DNA from: Octopus vulgaris | Taxonomy: Eukaryota | Direction: 5' to 3' | Length of the DNA: 64,000 bases | Assembly (NCBI GenBank): GCA_951406725.2 | Contig: OX597825.1 | Location: forward strand, 20,832,001 to 20,896,000 | In this document: piece after piece, positions 25,588 to 39,920 of the stretch | Layout of the letters: each line of letters opens with the position of its first letter | Numbering within the stretch: position 1 is the stretch's first letter | Notes under the pieces: generated by a model | Seen by the model: only the letters and a program-made list of their open reading frames with translations | Databases searched by the model: none | What the model was told of the DNA's origin: nothing | Translations under genes and position numbers: made by a program

Positions 25588-27526
25588 GTCATACTTCCTT
25601 TTTCTTGCTCCCCTTCTCTCACATTTCTTGGCCCTTTAACTCCTTTCTTTAACTCCTACTTTTCCTCTTCGTTCATCTCCCCTGTACCTTTCCCTTTGTC
25701 ACTTTGATTTTTTTCTAATCCTTCAACCCCGCTGCCCCCTACCCATCTCTCCTCCTTCCAAGTGACAGGTGTTCAGCCAGCCATGATCATTCTCTCTTGA
25801 CCTGACTGCCAACTGCCAGCACCACTTATGTCCATCTCTTTTGTTCCTGCCTCAAAGCTTTCACATTATACAAGCCAGCTCAATTTGATTTGTCATCAGT
25901 CGAAAGACACCTGTTGTTATATTTTTGTTGTTTGTATTTGTACTTATGTAACATGTTCTCCATTTCTTGTCTTTGTTGTCATATACATTCCCTTGCTTTC
26001 TTACAAAAAAATCTAATGCTCTTAGCTTAGACATTTTTGGGGGCAACCAGATCAAACAGTCTCAAGTGTAACTGCCCGAAACTGTAGAGACATCTGGTAA
26101 CTTGACTGATGAAAGAAAGCCACAAATGACCCATCCTTTTTTTCCTATCTCTCTAATTGTCGCTTTTCCTGTCTGCCTTGTATCATCTATCTGTCTAGAC
26201 GTATTATTTTCCTCTGGACGTATTATTTTCCTCTATTACGTTTTTGTTCCATTTTTTAATATTTATATTTATCATCATCATCATCATCATCATTGTTTAG
26301 TGTCTGCTTTCCATGCTAGCATGGGTTGGACGGTTCAACTGGGGTCTGGGAAGCCAGAAGGCTGCACCAGGCCGAGTCTGATCTGGCAATGTTTCTATGG
26401 CTGGATGCCCTTCCTAACGCCAACCACTATATATATATAGGTGCAGGTATGGCTATGCATAGGCACAGGCATGACTTCCCACCCACATGGTTCCAAGTTC
26501 AGTTCCACTGCATGGCACCTTGTACAAGGGTCTTCTACTACAGCCTTAGGCCAACCATAGCCTTGTGAGTGGATTTGGTGGATAGAAACTGAAAGACGCC
26601 CGTCATGTATATATATATCAATGAGGAAAACCCTCAGTTACAGAGACATAAACAAACCAACACCGGGTGTCAAGTGATGGTGGGAGGGGCCAAACACAAT
26701 GACACACACACACACACACACAGATACATACATACATATATTTATATATACCCACACAATGGTCTTCTTTCAGTTTCTGTCTACAGAATCCCAAATCCAC
26801 TCACAAGACTTTAGTCAGCCCGTGGCTATAGTAAAAGACACTCGCCGCCCAATGTGCCACGCAGTGGGACTGAACCTCTGAACCGTGTGGTCAGGAAGCA
26901 AGCTTCTTACCACACAGCCACACCTGCATACATATATAGACAGGTTTATAAGTAGATATGTGCGTAAGTTTATTATTAGCTAAATCATCAGGTCACTGCA
27001 TTTATGTTTTTAACCACATTTTTTGGCAATAGCATATAATTGTGTGGTAATTCTTTCTCTAGACCACCCTTTAACTATTTCTCCCCTTTAGAAGGTAAAC
27101 AGAAACAAAAGAAAAACAGGAGACAGGGTTGGGTAGGATAGGTTAGTAATCCTGAATGTGAATGACTTTTAGGAGGTATCTCAAGCTACAAGTTTATTTA
27201 TTCATCTTGTTTAAAATACAATTAACATCAATCAATCAACAAGTATTAGCCAACTTCAAATAGTCAAATTGACTTAGATTCTTGTTTCAGACTTAAGTAA
27301 ATACACAAACATACATACCCACACGTTCGCGAATAAGGAGGTATGTTTTAGCTCATATACAAACGTCTGTGTGCATTGGTGTGTGTGCGTGTTTGTGTGT
27401 GTGTCTTCACACACATCTCTCTGTCTGTCTGTTTGTCTATCTATATATCTATCTATATACACACATACATAAAGACATATATGCATACATACACATATAT
27501 ATACATGCATACACACACACATATAC

Positions 27527-27562
<36 letters not shown>

Positions 27563-27644
27563 GTATATGGAAAATGAATGACGGAAGATAGAATATACAA
27601 GAATTATAAATATGTATATACATATATATATACATACATATACA

Positions 27645-27693
<49 letters not shown>

Positions 27694-27694
27694 C

Positions 27695-27730
<36 letters not shown>

Positions 27731-28070
27731 ATATACACATACATACATATTTATATGTATATAATATAATATATATATATATATATACATCATGTACTCT
27801 CCCGTTGTATAAGGGTTTGCCTTTTTGTTGCTAAACAACCACACAGATGGTTTGTTTATGATGATCAAATATTTGTGTACACATAAGCGCACTCCCTCCA
27901 TCAGATTGACATTACCTGTACAGGTACAACAGGTGCCACATGTCAGATGACAAAATGATAGCAGAACAATGTGAAAGGAAGTGCTTTGCTCAAGAACACA
28001 ACGGAATGCCTAATCTGGGAATTGAACCCAAGATCTCGCACTAACCACTAAGCCATGTGCCTTCACATAC

Positions 28071-28101
<31 letters not shown>

Positions 28102-28552
28102 AAGTATTATTACTGTTAAAATCAGTAATAGTGAGGTGGCTAGCAAGAATTCTACCTGAACAGGTATAAAATATTTGAAGAAAAGAAGGGTAAAGAATAA
28201 AAGAATATGTGTGTATGTGTGTGTGTGTGTGTGTTTGCCATGCCCCAACACCACCACTTGACAACTGGTGTTAGTTTATTTACATCCTCATAACTTAGCA
28301 ATTCAGCACAGAGACAGACAGAATAAGTACTGAGGATTGCAAAGTATGTTTGTCATGCACAGCATGAAATCAATTGATATTGGGGTATGTATTAAACTAC
28401 CTTCAAATTCCATCCTGAAGGTAGGCCTATTCTTTAAAATATTCATTACATTGCTGATGTGTGGATTTATCATAGAATTGGTGGTTTTTTGAAGCTTTCA
28501 CTTTTATTTTTTAGCAAGAGATATCTTTGCCCTTCCTTTCTTCATATATATA

Positions 28553-29111
28553 TTGGGTTGTCCAGAAAGTTCGTGCCGATTTTTAAAGAAAAAGGTCAAT
28601 AAATATTTGCCATTACATTTTTAATCAGCCAAATATGAACCATTTTGTTGCACAATGCATTTCCATCTTTCCTTTAACTTGAAAATACCCTTTTCCCAGA
28701 ATTGAGGTGGTTCTATGGCAAAGAATTCATCAAGGTATCTTTTTACGTCATCCAAGGAATTGAAATTTTTACCATTAAGACTATTCTGCAGAGACCTGAA
28801 TAAGTGGAAATCCGAAGGAGCAATATCTGGTGAATATGGAGGGTGGGGTAACACATCCCAGCCAAGCTGCAGCAATATTTGTCTGGTTCCCAAAGCATCA
28901 AGTGCTGAAAATGAACTTTCTTATCTTCCATTTTAAAGGGTTACAGAATTAACAAGGTTGTAGGAACGTAAACCTTCTTCCACGAAAAGATAGCTTAAAC
29001 TGTGCTCTAAATGGAGGTGTAGTCAAATCCTATTTTATGGACTCAACCATGTTCTAAAATAAGTCGAAAGGTAAGCTAATATAAATCGGCACAAACTTTC
29101 TGGACAACCCA

Positions 29112-29112
<1 letters not shown>
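28553..29112 (-). mobile_element. Internally deleted mariner transposon (560 bp)
   Basis: About 30-bp TIRs TTGGGTTGTCCAGAAAGTT(C/T)GTGCCGATTT with TA on both sides; retains both transposase ends. Confidence 0.95.
28621..28931 (-). pseudogene. Mariner (DD34D) transposase remnant: N-terminal 14 aa joined out of frame to the C-terminal ~90 aa
   Basis: MEDKKVHFQHLMLW start; LGWDVLPHPPYSPDIAPSDFHLFRSLQNSL...GIFKLKERWKCIVQQNGSY contains the mariner YSPDLAPxD motif. Confidence 0.93.
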
Positions 29113-29145
<33 letters not shown>

Positions 29146-29475
29146 ATTTGTGTCTTTATGTCTGTGTTTGTCCCTACATCAGCGCTTGACAATCGGTGTG
29201 TGTTTACATCCCCGTAACTTAGTGTTTCAGCAAAAAAAATAAGAAATAAGTCCTGGGCTCGATTTGTTCAACTAAAATTCAAGGCAGTGTTCCAGTGTTC
29301 CAGCATGGCCACAGTCAAATGACTGAAACAAGTGAAAGAGTATAAGAATATATACATACATACATATATATATATATGTGTGTACGTGTCATGTGAGTAT
29401 GTATTCAATTGTAGCATGCACGTGTGAGCATGTATGTGTGTGTATGTGTGTGTATGTGTGTGTGTGTATGTGTGT

Positions 29476-29506
<31 letters not shown>

Positions 29507-29801
29507 CTATTTTGAAATGCTTTATGAATGAAGAATGTAAGTCACTGAAAACCTGTTTCCATCCTGATATTTTCGACAAATAAAATATCTAATTAGTTGA
29601 GCAACATACTGAACTTTAGAAGAATCTAGAATATATTTTCCCTATCCTATTTATATATGTGAACAACATGTTATCTGGGAACATAAATATCAAAGGTGTC
29701 ATGTTGAATGCCTTTATTTAGTATTTCACATTGATATATATGTGTGTGTGTATGTATTTATGTATGTCATCATCATCGCTGTCATCATTGTTTAACATCT
29801 G

Positions 29802-30405
<604 letters not shown>

Positions 30406-30564
30406 GGCGCAGGCATGGCTGTGTGGTAAGAAGCTTGCTTCCCAACCACATGGTTCCGGGTTCAGTCACACTGCATGGCACCTTAGGCAAGTGTCTTTTA
30501 CAATAGCTTTGGGCCAACCAAAGCCTTGGTAGTAGATTTGGTAAGCAGAAACTGAAAGAAGCCC

Positions 30565-30602
<38 letters not shown>

Positions 30603-30843
30603 TGTGTGTGTATTTGTATGTCTGTGTTTATTCCCCGACTATTGCTTGATAATCGCTGTTGGTGTGTTTACATCCCTGTAAATTAGCAGTTTGGCAAAAG
30701 AGACCGATAGAATAAGTACTAGGCTTACAAAGAATAAGTCCTGGAGTTGAACTGTTTGACTAAAGGTGGTGCTCCAGCATGGCTGCAGTCAAATGACTGA
30801 AACAAGTAAAAAAAAAAATAAAAGAACAAAAGAATAAAAGAAT
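30406..30843 (+). mobile_element. Full-length SINE family A
   Basis: Head to tail match. Confidence 0.9.
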
Positions 30844-31016
30844 ATATATGTGTGTGTGTAACCCCTATCTCATTTTATATATATATATATATATATTTAT
30901 GTTACAAATATATATATATATATATTTATGTTATATATATATATTCATGTGTATCTATATAAATATGAATATATATATATATATATATATATACATTTAC
31001 AAATATATATGTATTT

Positions 31017-31065
<49 letters not shown>

Positions 31066-31763
31066 CATATATGTATATATATATGTATATATATATACAT
31101 ATATATGTGTGTGTGTGTATGTTTGTGTGTATTTGTCTGTCCTTGTTTGTCCCCTCTGTGTTTAGCGCCTTGTGGGCAGTAAAGAGATAAGAAACCATGC
31201 CAAATCAGACTGGAGTCTGGTGCAGCCCCTCAACTTATCAGCCCTGGTCAAACCATCCAACCCATGACAGCATCGAGAACAGATGTTAAATGATGATGAT
31301 GATGATGATGATGATGCTGTACTAGTTGATTTTAGTATGTAAATCATACCAAAGGTGATGTACAAATGAATAGTAACAAAAAACAATGAGAAATTTCTCT
31401 GAAGCTGTACTTTTAAAAGTATTATAACTTTTGTCTCTTTGATCATATCTAGCAATCTGTTTGACAACCGGTTCTTACACAGATTGACAACCAGATATTA
31501 TTCTTTTCATTCAATTCGGCAAACAATACACATTCTTATAATGAACAAAAGTATGGCAGAAATCGATGACATAAGAGTCTATAGCAAGTTATGTCTACCT
31601 AAAAGTGTCTTGTGAGTGAACAAAATAAATAAAGGTTGTTGAGTTTGTCTAGTAGAAACCACACCAAAATACCTACAAGGTCATTCTATATACTGAGGAA
31701 TTCATCAGAAGACATCGTGCAGGGTTTTTGTTTATGGATGATTTTATGCATAATTTTATTCTA

Positions 31764-32161
31764 GGCGTCGGAGTGGCTGTGTGGTAAGTAGCTTGCTTAT
31801 GAACAACATGGTTCCAGGTTCAGTCCCACTGCATGGCACCTTGGGCAAGTGTCTTCTATTATAGCCTTGGGCCGACCAAAGCCTTGTGAGTGGATTTGGT
31901 AGACAGAAATTGAAAGAAGCTCTTCGTATATATGTATATATATATATATGTATGTGTGTGTATATGTTTGTGTGTCTGTGTTTGTCCCCACCCTCAACAA
32001 CGCTTGACAGCTGATGCTGGTGTGTTTAGCTGTTTGGCAAAAGAGACTGATATAATAAGTTCTAGGCTTCTAGAGAATAAGTCCTGGGGTCGATTTGCTC
32101 GACTAAAGGCAGTGCTCCAGCATGACCACAGTCACATGAAACAAGTAAAAGAGTAAAAGAA
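31764..32161 (+). mobile_element. Full-length SINE family A
   Basis: Head to tail match. Confidence 0.9.
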
Positions 32162-32199
32162 TAATGTATGCAAAATCTTGCCATTTAGCTGACACTACT

Positions 32200-32545
32200 T
32201 GGCTCAGTGGTTAGAGCATCAGACTCACAATCATGAGGTAGTGAGTTCAATTCCTGTACGAGGTTGCGTGTTGTGTTCTTGAGCAAGACACTTTATTTCA
32301 CGTTGCTCCAGTTAACTCAGCTGTAGAAATGAGTTGTGATGTCTATGGTGGCCAAGCTGTATCAGCCTTTGCCTTTCCCTTGGATAACATCAGTGGTATG
32401 AAGAGGGAAGGCTGGCATGCTTGGACTACTACTGCTGGTCTTCCATAAACAACCTTGCCCAGACTCGTGCCTAGATGGGAAACTTTCTTGGTGCAATCCC
32501 ATGGTCATTCATGACTGAAGGCTGTCTTTACCCTTACCCTTACTT
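32200..32545 (+). mobile_element. SINE family D
   Basis: Matches 19993-20327. Confidence 0.88.
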
Positions 32546-32665
32546 CTATAGCAAGATATGTGACCAAACCCTTTAGCATTCAGACTATTCTGTTAAATGT
32601 TTTTTGGTGCCCTTTTAAAGCCTAGCCAGGCTCATGGGCACCTGTATTTCTCCCTTTACTTTCTC

Positions 32666-32880
32666 TTTTACTCTTTTACTTGTTTCAATCATTTGACTGT
32701 GGCCATGCTGAAGCACTGCCTTTAGTCGACCCCAGGACTTATTCTTTGTAATCCTAGTACTTATTCTTTCGGTCTCTTTTGCCAAACTGCTAAGTTACGG
32801 GGACGTAAACACACCAGCATCGGTTGTCAAGCGATGTTGGTGGGACAAACACAGACACACAAACACACACACACACACAA

Positions 32881-32921
<41 letters not shown>

Positions 32922-33096
32922 TACATATATACAATGGGCTTCTTTCAGTTTCCGTCTACCAAATCCACAGACAAGGCTCTGGTTGGCCCAAAGCTATAGT
33001 AGAAGACATTTGCCTAAGGTGCCATGCAGTGGGACTGAACCTGGAACCATGTGGTTCATAAGCAAGCTACTTACCACACAGCCACTACTATGCCTA
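32666..33096 (-). mobile_element. Full-length SINE family A
   Basis: Head to tail match. Confidence 0.9.
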
Positions 33097-33600
33097 TAAC
33101 ATAATTTTATAAAAGAAACAATAATTAATTTGGTGTTAACACATTTAATGTAACAAGCATTTCAAACTCAACCAACTAAAGGTCTGACAGTTCATATTTC
33201 ACCATTGACACTGATGTGCACATGACAAGAGCACTTAGCCCTCAATGAGACTGTCAATAAGATTGTCAACTTAGCTATAAATAGATATCATCAGATAGAG
33301 TTGTTTACTACGGTAAACAATAGCAGCAGTGTAAATCCTACAAATGTTGCATTCATTTCAGAGATAATCCATCATAAAAGCACTGACAATACAGGATTAG
33401 ATTTCAAATCTACTACAACTACCACCACGACCACCACACAACCACTTGATTCAATGAGTTGGGCCCTTATGTATGGGTGTGCCTTACATTCTGTTTCTAA
33501 AAGATTCCTGTATCAAAACTATTAATTGCAACACAGTTTAGCATGATTTTTGTTCTTGGGTAGCCGCTGTTAGTTCATATTTGCTTACCCCCTAGAAAGT

Positions 33601-33931
33601 GAAGGCACATGGCTCAGTGGTTAGAACATCAGTCTCAGAATCATGAGATAGTGAGTTCAATTCCTGGACTGCACTGTATGCTGTGTTCTTGAGCAAGACA
33701 CTTTATTTTCACATTGTCCCAGTTCACTCATCTGTGCAAAAGAGTTATGACATCACTGTATCAAGCTTTTGCTTTTCCTTTAGATAACATCGGTGGCGTG
33801 GAGAGAGAAGATTGGTATGCATGGGCAACTGCAGGTCTTCCACAAACAACCTTGCCCAAAGACGTGCCTTGGAGGGGAATTGTCTAGGTGCAATCCCATG
33901 GTCATTCATGACCAAAGGGGGCCTTTACCCC
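33601..33931 (+). mobile_element. SINE family D
   Basis: Matches 19993-20327. Confidence 0.88.
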
Positions 33932-35182
33932 TAGAAAGGATAGAAGATGGCTAATAATTCCTTCAATCTTTGCTTTCGTTACATTATTCAAACCCCAAAG
34001 AATCCCTCAACACATGGCTATGATGCTTCCCCACTGCTCCTGTTCATGATCCAAGATACATATATTATCAGACACTAAGGCACATGCTCAAGTGGTTATG
34101 GTCAAGCTACTGACAAGCAAACCTATGGTATTGCACAGAATATTTACTATAATGATATTTCTGCCTCAGCAGCTCAGTGCTGAATTTGTCTGAAATGAAA
34201 TGGAAAATAGGTCGGTTTCAAAACATTGATGTCCAGGTCACAAGAGCAAAAATTGAAGGGAATAGAGGTCATTTCCTTTGACTTCTAAATAGAAACAGAT
34301 AGGAAATAACACTTACTGACCAAAGACAAAAAAGTACTAAAATTTTGTTACACAGAGTAATTCTTGTAATATCTCACCACATCAACAATCCAAAGTAAGT
34401 CCCACTTTCTCAATATTCAATCCCAGTTGCTAAATTGACTGGATTCTTTCCAATTCGTTCTGTTTGGTTTACAGTCTTTCCCAAGAAATCATCACCATAT
34501 AAGTGATGTGGCTGTGTGGTTAAGAACCTTACTTTGCAACTATATCATTTCAAGTTCAGTCTCACTGAGTGGTACCTAGAGCATATCTTTTTTTTTTTAC
34601 AACATACCTGGGCAGACCAATGCTTTGTAAGTGAATTGTGTCTGTGTGGAAAATGTGTGGAAGCCCATTGTGACACCTGACTTATTTTATCGACCGCAAA
34701 AGGATGAAAGGCAAAGTTGACTTTCATGGAATTTGAACTCAAAACATAAAGACAGACACAATGCCACTAAGCATTATGTCTGGTCTTCTGACAACTCTGC
34801 CAACTTCCCGACCTCATCAATGGAATTACAAGACAAGACCAAAACTACTCAAGTTGATATTTGACATGAAGGACACCAAACAAATTCTTGAAAACCAAAC
34901 TACAGCTCTAGAAGAGCAGATATATATGCAATGCAACTTTTGAGTGAGTGATCAGACAGTACACAACTTCTGGCAGACAATACAAGGAATCTAATTTCTT
35001 CACTCTATCCTAGATTTTTCTAGTTTTCTAGTTTTACAATTGTTAATAAAACTGAGATAACATTTCAATACAGTCTATTCTATTTTTTTCCACATATGTT
35101 TAAAATCAGTTGTGAAAACAGTGACTCAAATCTCTGCTGTAGGACAACTTCCCATCAGAGAAGAAATGTGGAAAAAATTACA

Positions 35183-35274
<92 letters not shown>

Positions 35275-35276
<2 letters not shown>

Positions 35277-35401
35277 TCCTACATAAATATAACAGGCATA
35301 CATACCTTGGAACCAGTGGTGAAAAATATATTTTACAAATAATACCAGAGCATACATGTATAAACACCTATAAATTCATACATACACACACACAAACACA
35401 T

Positions 35402-35462
<61 letters not shown>

Positions 35463-35570
35463 CATACATACATATAACAGACATACATACTTTGGAACCA
35501 TTGGTGAAAAATATATTTTACAAATAATACCAGCGCATACATGTATATAGACCCATGAATTCATATATAG
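35275..35570. repeat. About 180-bp period direct duplication separated by (CA)n
   Basis: CATACATAC.TTGGAACCA.TGGTGAAAAATATATTTTACAAATAATACCAG occurs twice. Confidence 0.9.
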
Positions 35571-35834
35571 TTACACACACACAAACACACACACATACAC
35601 ACACACACATATGGCTGTTTTAAAAATATTTACAACAAATAACACAGGCTCCAAAATAATGGCCAAATGCTGAAAAACTCCAAGAGGCTGCAATATATCC
35701 ATCTTTACATAAAGCCTTTGCAAATCCATTGCTTGAATTCAAACTCAAAGTTTGTGCCATTCCTGCCAATGTTTTGAACTTCAAGACAAACATGAAAAAG
35801 GGACCGGGTTGATTGAACTTGTTGATATTAAGCC

Positions 35835-36515
35835 CAGTGGTGGCTTGTAGATAAAAGTAGTCGGGGTGCTGCTTCAGAAAATTCTTAGCCATTGTTTTAA
35901 TATTGTGTAAAAGAAACAAACATATAAAAAGAAAATTCATATGTAAACTTGATCAGTTTGTGTTTTAGCCACTACCGTATAGTGTGTTTCATTCCACCCC
36001 GAATTCCCCCTTGTTTTTCAAAAATCCCCCCTAAATCACAAAATAAGGGGAGAAAATGTGCTCTATTTTTCAAATCCTGGCAGCAACACTGAAGCTGGAA
36101 GCAGGATAATAATCTAATTTTATACATTTTATCACATTCAAGAATATAAACACGTTTTTAAGCGCAACACACGCAGAGTCAAAAGAAACACTACCTTTCA
36201 CCAGCACACTGTGTGAATGACAGTGCTCTTTCTCCCTAGCATGAAGCTTCCTATCTCAAACATGTAAGCATGCACACAACAGCCAAATACCACATCGCTG
36301 GAACTGCAAAGCGCACAGTTCTATACAAGGACTTCTGTATTTTTTACATAAACTAGTGGGATGGTTACTGACATTAAGCTTAAGGATTATATAATGTACA
36401 AGTATAAAGAAAGAATTAGGGAAAAAAGGACTCATTATATTGAATGTTATAGATAATATCAAGTGGAAATAGGGGGTGCTGCAGTTCCACAGTCCCTATA
36501 CACGAGCCACCACTG
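35835..36515. mobile_element. hAT-type non-autonomous element (681 bp)
   Basis: TIRs CAGTGGTGGCT(T/C)GT; perfect 8-bp TSD ATTAAGCC at 35827-35834 and 36516-36523. Confidence 0.92.
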
Positions 36516-36536
36516 ATTAAGCCTAAATAATGTGTG

Positions 36537-36756
36537 TAGAAGGGGTTGTCGAAAAGTTCTTGGCTTTAAGGGTATCGTGAAAGCCTGGTTGGAGACCCAC
36601 CCTTCTGAGTTCTTTTACAGGGCTAAGAAAAACTGAAGGACCATTGCAACAAGTGTGTGAATCTGAGAGGGGAATAGGTTGGATAAAACCATAATTAACT
36701 GATCCTCCTGTATTTTCTTTTACCCAAACCAAGGAACTTTTCAGCATCTTCTCGTG
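36537..36756 (+). mobile_element. Mariner-derived MITE with a transposase C-terminal remnant
   Basis: Ends GAAGGGGTTGTCGAAAAGTTC / GAACTTTTCAGCATCTTCTCGT; internal VKAWLETHPSEFF...KLKDHCNKCVNLRGE. Confidence 0.75.
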
Positions 36757-37555
36757 TTTGTGACTCCTTGTCTTCACATCATGTGATAGTTGTAAATGAG
36801 CATCACTGTCATACAAGCAGTGTCGTTCATTTCGAATATTGTGCCAAAAACCATGTCTGGCCATGAAGAAATATTATCTTGCTTGGAAACCCAGCGTGGG
36901 TTGGTGACAGAAAGAGCATCCAGCTGCAGAAAGTTTTGCCTTAATAAACTTTATCTCATTCATGCAAGCATGGAAAGATGGACAGAAATATGATGATGAT
37001 GATGATGATAATAAAGGTGGTGGTGGTGGTGGTGGTGGTTTTGGTGGTAATGGTAGCAATGGTGGTGGCAGCAGTGATGGTGGTGCAGGTGCTGGTGGTG
37101 GTGCTGGTGGTGGCAGCAACAGTGGTGTTGGCAATGGTAGTGGCAGCAGTGGTGATGATGATGATGATGATGATGATGATATAGATGACAGATAGACAGA
37201 TAGACAGACAGACAGACAGATAGACAGACAGACAAACAAACAGGCAGACAGACAAATATATGTATGAAGAAACAGCATTTCCAGGTGTTTTAAGATATGC
37301 GTCAGCATAAGAAACACTCCTAATTTACACGGATACTTTATAGAAATGGAGCTAAACATTACGTTTCATGTACAAATATTTACAATAGAAACTTTGTTAT
37401 CAACAATTTATCCTTGACGATTAGAAGTGCACCATTTAGCAGAAGCACAAATGAAGTACATACATGCACACACACAAACACATACACACACACACAAACA
37501 CATACACACACACACAAACACATACACACACACACACTATATATATATGTATATA

Positions 37556-37923
37556 TATTCTCTCTTTACTTATTTCAGTCATTTAACTGGAGCACTGCCT
37601 TTAATCGAGCAACTCGACTCCAGTAAGCCCAGTACTTATTCTATCGGTCTCTTTTGCCAAACTGCTAAGTAACGGGGACATAAACACACCAGCATCGGTT
37701 GTCAAGCAATGCTAGGGGGACAAATACAGACACACAAACGCATATATATATATATATATATACATATATACGACGGGCTTCTTTCAGTTTCCGTCTACCA
37801 AATCCACTCACAAGGCTTTGGTCGGCCCGAGGCTATAGTAGAAGACACTTGCCCAAGTAGCCAGGCAGTGGGACGGAACCCGGAACCATGTGGTTGGTAA
37901 ACAAGTTACTTACCACACAGCCA
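37556..37923 (-). mobile_element. SINE family A
   Basis: Match to other copies. Confidence 0.88.
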
Positions 37924-38289
37924 TATATATACATATACATATATATATATAATATGATGGATCTAGTTCACTTGTGACCTGAACGAATAGGTACGCTAGG
38001 TAAGTGTTATAGTCAGTCAACTGCTAGGTTCCAAGATCACAGCTAAGGCTGGATCTAGGGATCTTTATTAGGGTTTCGTTATTTCAGGTATATATTATCA
38101 TTAGAGGAAAAAATCAAAACCAAGGCAGAGCGAGTATCTCAAGTCATTCAGAATAATTTAGTTAGGGTAGTATGGGTGAAGGTTATTATTGATGATACTG
38201 GAGAGTAAACAGCACTGCACATCTTGATGATGAATCAACACACACACACACACACACACACACATAAACACATACATACATATATATAT

Positions 38290-38515
38290 ATTTCTTTATT
38301 GCCCACAAGGGACTAAACACAGAGATGACAAACAAGGACAGACAAAGGGATTAAGTCGATTACATCGACCCCAGTGTGTAACTGGTACTTTATTTATCGA
38401 CCCCGAAAGGACAAAAGGCAAAGTCGACCTCGGCGGAATTTGAACTCAGAACGTAAAGACAGATGAAATACTGCTAAGCATTTCGCCCGGCCTGCTAACG
38501 TTTCTGCCAGCTCGT
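38290..38515 (-). mobile_element. Full-length SINE family B
   Basis: Match to 24905-25140. Confidence 0.9.
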
Positions 38516-38667
38516 ATAGATATATACACACACACATATAACACCCTTTCTTTCCCTTAGTGCTTTGCATGTACCACATCCTCGCGTTGTTTATATTTTC
38601 TCCGTTTATTTTTAATAACCCCACATGTATACATATGTGTGTGTGTGTGTGTGTGTGTGTTATATTT

Positions 38668-39230
38668 ATATTGTTGACACATTATGTTACAATTGTTTCT
38701 ATAGAATTGTTATTTGTTTGTTGAATAACACATTACATCATCTTATTAAACAACATTATTGAACAAATAATACCACTTCTGGTCACTTCAGTCATGTAAA
38801 CACACATGCTTTTCATGAACTTTTTTATCTTCCCTCCAGACCTTTCCTCTCTCCCCTTTCTAACAAAGAGCCATCCTCAGAACATTATACACCCACTCTA
38901 TTTATCCACCTTGTACTGAGTGTCAAACTATAATAAATTCCAAGTGTATGTCCTTTTGACTGTTGTTACTTTGTTATCTTTTTTATTTGCTTAATTGTGT
39001 ATATACACACATACATACATACACACATACACACACACACACACATACATACATTCAAACAATAAAAGAATAAAAACAGAGACATTGTTCACATTAAGTT
39101 ACGACCATTTTCGTAGAATGATTATCCATTTGTTCAATAATGTTAATTACTAATATGATGTAATACATTATTCAACAAACAAATAGCAATTCTACAGAAA
39201 CAACTGTAACATAATATGTGAACAATATAT
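38668..39230. repeat. About 100-bp inverted repeat (38668-38768 / 39126-39230) enclosing a decayed hammerhead-type element
   Basis: ATTGTTATTTGTTTGTTGAATAA versus TTATTCAACAAACAAATAGCAAT, and neighbouring blocks. Confidence 0.8.
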
Positions 39231-39498
39231 CCGTTCATGTCCTTTAATTATTATATTCACACTGTGATAAATGTACTAATTATTGTTGCTACGTACAATG
39301 GACTTACAGAATGCTTAATATCACAAATTAACTAATTAATATTGCATTGTCCGTTTTGTTGACTAGTTGATGGATTATTAGTATCATCAGTATTACAATA
39401 TTCCTCTGAGTAACCTTTTAGGTAATTACAGTTATTGACAGAATGCTACTGAGTAAATTGCTTGGTTCACATAGAACCTCCTATTATATATATATATA

Positions 39499-39553
<55 letters not shown>

Positions 39554-39556
39554 CAA

Positions 39557-39614
<58 letters not shown>

Positions 39615-39841
39615 GTATATATGTATATACTCTTTACTCTTTTACTTGTTTCAGTCGTTTGACTGTCGCCATGCTGGAGTACTGCCTTTAGTTGAGCAAA
39701 TCGATCCCAGGACTTATTCTTTGTAAGCCTAGTTCTTATTCTATTGGTCTTTTGCCGAACCGCTAAGTTACGGGGACGTAAACACACCAGCATCGGTTGT
39801 CAAGCGATGTTGGGGGGACAAACACGGACACACAAACATAT

Positions 39842-39920
<79 letters not shown>

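Noticed and set aside
26070-26135. CGAAAC and CTGATGA close together
   Set aside because: Could not assemble paired stems I and II in any hammerhead topology
35620-35940. 106-aa non-repetitive ORF
   Set aside because: It crosses the hAT insertion boundary at 35835, so it is a chance fusion; no recognisable domain
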